From contig CAZSSB010000001.1 in NCBI GenBank assembly GCA_964609245.1, positions 79,836 through 143,835 of the forward strand: a DNA stretch of 64,000 nt, given 5' to 3'. Positions 62,533 to 64,000 of this stretch are shown here, piece after piece; the stretch's first letter is position 1; the number at the start of each line of letters is the position of its first letter. The DNA comes from an uncultured Planctomycetales bacterium. Lineage in GTDB: Bacteria; 4484-113; JAFGCY01. The notes under the pieces were generated by a model that saw only the letters and a program-made list of their open reading frames with translations, made no database searches and was not told the DNA's origin. The position numbers were made by a program, and so were the translations under genes.

Positions 62533-64000
62533 ATGGCATCGGGCCTGACCGGCAAGTCGCTTGTGGTCGTGGTGCTGGCGTTCCTGCTGCTGGTGGTGGC
62601 CTACGTCACGCCCGTACCGCGGCGCTGGCTGAACACCCTGGATCTGCTGGCCACGCAGGTGCGCTACGCCCTGCGCGGGCCGGTGGCGCCCGGTGACGAC
62701 CTCAAGGTCGTCGGGATCACGGAGAACGCCATCGCGCACTTCGCTTCGATGGGCGTCTACTACCCGTTCCCCCGCGACTGGCAGGCGCTGGCGCTGCGGC
62801 GCCTGGCCGATGCCGGCGCGCGGGTGGTGGTGGTCGACATCCTGTTCTCCGAGGCCGACAGCTGGGACGAAACCGAGGACGCGGCGCTGCGCGACGCGAT
62901 CGCCTACTGCCGGGAGCGGGGCTGCGAGGTGGTGCTGGCGGCGGTGGTGGAGCGCCAGGACTACGCCGAAGGGGCCTACAGCGAGACGCTGATCACGCCG
63001 GCGCCGCTGATCATGGACGCCGCGCCGGCGCTGGGAGTAAGCAACACCTGGGAGAAACTGAGCTTCAAGCTCAACGAACTGGTGGACCTGAGCCTGCCGC
63101 TGGGCCCCGACGGCCAGCCCCAGACCTACAACACCCAGGCGGTTGAGGCCTTCCGGCTGTACTGCGAGCAGGAAGGGCGCGACTGGCAGATGGAGCTGGA
63201 CGAGGCACTGGTAACCGTTACCAACCGCAAGACCGGCAAGGTGCAGCGAGTCTTCCGCGTCAACTACTGCGCCCCTCCGGAACGCTACGCCGGCCATGTC
63301 TATTCCTTCGAGCGCCTGTTTCCGGAAACCTGGCTGGAAGAAGACGCGCAGAGCCAGGCCGCACCGATCTCGATGCGCGAGCTGACGGCCGGGGAGCAGG
63401 CCCAGCTGGCCGGGATCTTCGCCGATGCGATCGTGTTCGTCGGCAGCCGGGCCCGGGCCGACAACGACTACTTCAACACGCCCTTCGGCCAGATGTTCGG
63501 TGTCGACACCAACGCCCAGGCCTTCGATACGCTGGCGCGCCACCGGCTGGTGCGCACGGTGCCGCCGCTGACCACGCTGCTGATCGCCGCGCTGCTGGCG
63601 CTGGCCGCCTGGCGCATCGCTCTGATCCGCCCGCTGTGGCGCGGTTCCCTGGTGGGGGGCGTGGTGTTCATCGTCGCGATCCTGGCCAACGCCGGGCTGT
63701 TTGCCGTGGTCCAGGTCGAGCTGAGCCTGAGCGTCACCCTGCTGGGCCTGCTGCTGCCGGGCGTGTCGTCCACCGTCTACCAGGGCGTACTGGAGGAGGT
63801 CGAGCGCCGGCGCATTCGGCTGATCTTCGGGCGCTACGTCAGCGACGCGATCGTGGCCCAGATCATCGAGGATCCCAGCGTGGCCGGGCTGGGCGGAATC
63901 GAGCGCACGGTGGCGGTGCTGTTCAACGATATTCGCAGCTACTCGACGATCACCGAGCGCCTCAGCCCGCAGCAGATTGTCGAGTTCCTCAACGTCTACC
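62533..64000 (+). CDS. CHASE2-sensor adenylate/guanylate cyclase, 3'-truncated by the window edge (not in the supplied ORF track)
   Basis: My own translation from the ATG at 62533 stays open to base 64000. It has an N-terminal TM helix, a periplasmic CHASE2-like region (VVVVDILFSE..., DNDYFNTPFG), three TM helices, and then the start of a class III cyclase domain (RTVAVLFNDIRSYSTITERLSPQQIVEFLNVY). Confidence 0.8.
   Translation, partial: MASGLTGKSLVVVVLAFLLLVVAYVTPVPRRWLNTLDLLATQVRYALRGPVAPGDDLKVVGITENAIAHFASMGVYYPFPRDWQALALRRLADAGARVVVVDILFSEADSWDETEDAALRDAIAYCRERGCEVVLAAVVERQDYAEGAYSETLITPAPLIMDAAPALGVSNTWEKLSFKLNELVDLSLPLGPDGQPQTYNTQAVEAFRLYCEQEGRDWQMELDEALVTVTNRKTGKVQRVFRVNYCAPPERYAGHVYSFERLFPETWLEEDAQSQAAPISMRELTAGEQAQLAGIFADAIVFVGSRARADNDYFNTPFGQMFGVDTNAQAFDTLARHRLVRTVPPLTTLLIAALLALAAWRIALIRPLWRGSLVGGVVFIVAILANAGLFAVVQVELSLSVTLLGLLLPGVSSTVYQGVLEEVERRRIRLIFGRYVSDAIVAQIIEDPSVAGLGGIERTVAVLFNDIRSYSTITERLSPQQIVEFLNVY

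Overview
High-G+C bacterial chromosomal segment (roughly two-thirds G+C by eye, not computed), densely coding on both strands. I can support about 50 protein genes. I recognised no rRNA, tRNA, CRISPR array, transposase or integrase. Housekeeping genes are maf, a GuaB3-type IMPDH paralogue, an acyl-CoA dehydrogenase, a Fur-family regulator with katG, phnCE, recO, purM, a class-I aminotransferase, thpR/ligT, rpmF and acpP. Three accessory themes sit among them. (1) An expanded family of predicted surface lipoproteins (seven large genes between 11.5 and 37.2 kb). They are built from a recurring dockerin-like double EF-hand module, PKD pairs and Asp-box-like beta-propeller repeats, and two proteins in the window carry cohesin-like C-terminal domains. 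(2) A three-gene operon encoding a degenerate protein-kinase-like protein, an 1800-aa all-helical TPR-like giant and a coiled-coil protein. It lies directly downstream of an isolated flagellar hook module (ylxF-like, fliK, flgD, TIGR02530-type gene, 802-aa flgE). (3) An outer-membrane-barrel / FecR-domain / CHASE2-cyclase module at the right edge. Smaller items: a compact polysaccharide-initiation locus (2.9-6.8 kb); a low-G+C islet (about 10.1-11.35 kb) encoding secreted proteins, one interrupted by an in-frame TGA; one lipoprotein paralogue whose 3' end looks replaced by low-G+C DNA, with the displaced original 3' end surviving as a remnant; and an anti-Shine-Dalgarno hairpin in the flgE leader. 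Many long ORFs in the supplied track are antisense shadow ORFs typical of high-G+C DNA and were rejected. Refined start codons were derived by codon offset from the ORF track and spot-checked against the printed sequence. All family names come from reading motifs, not from database searches.
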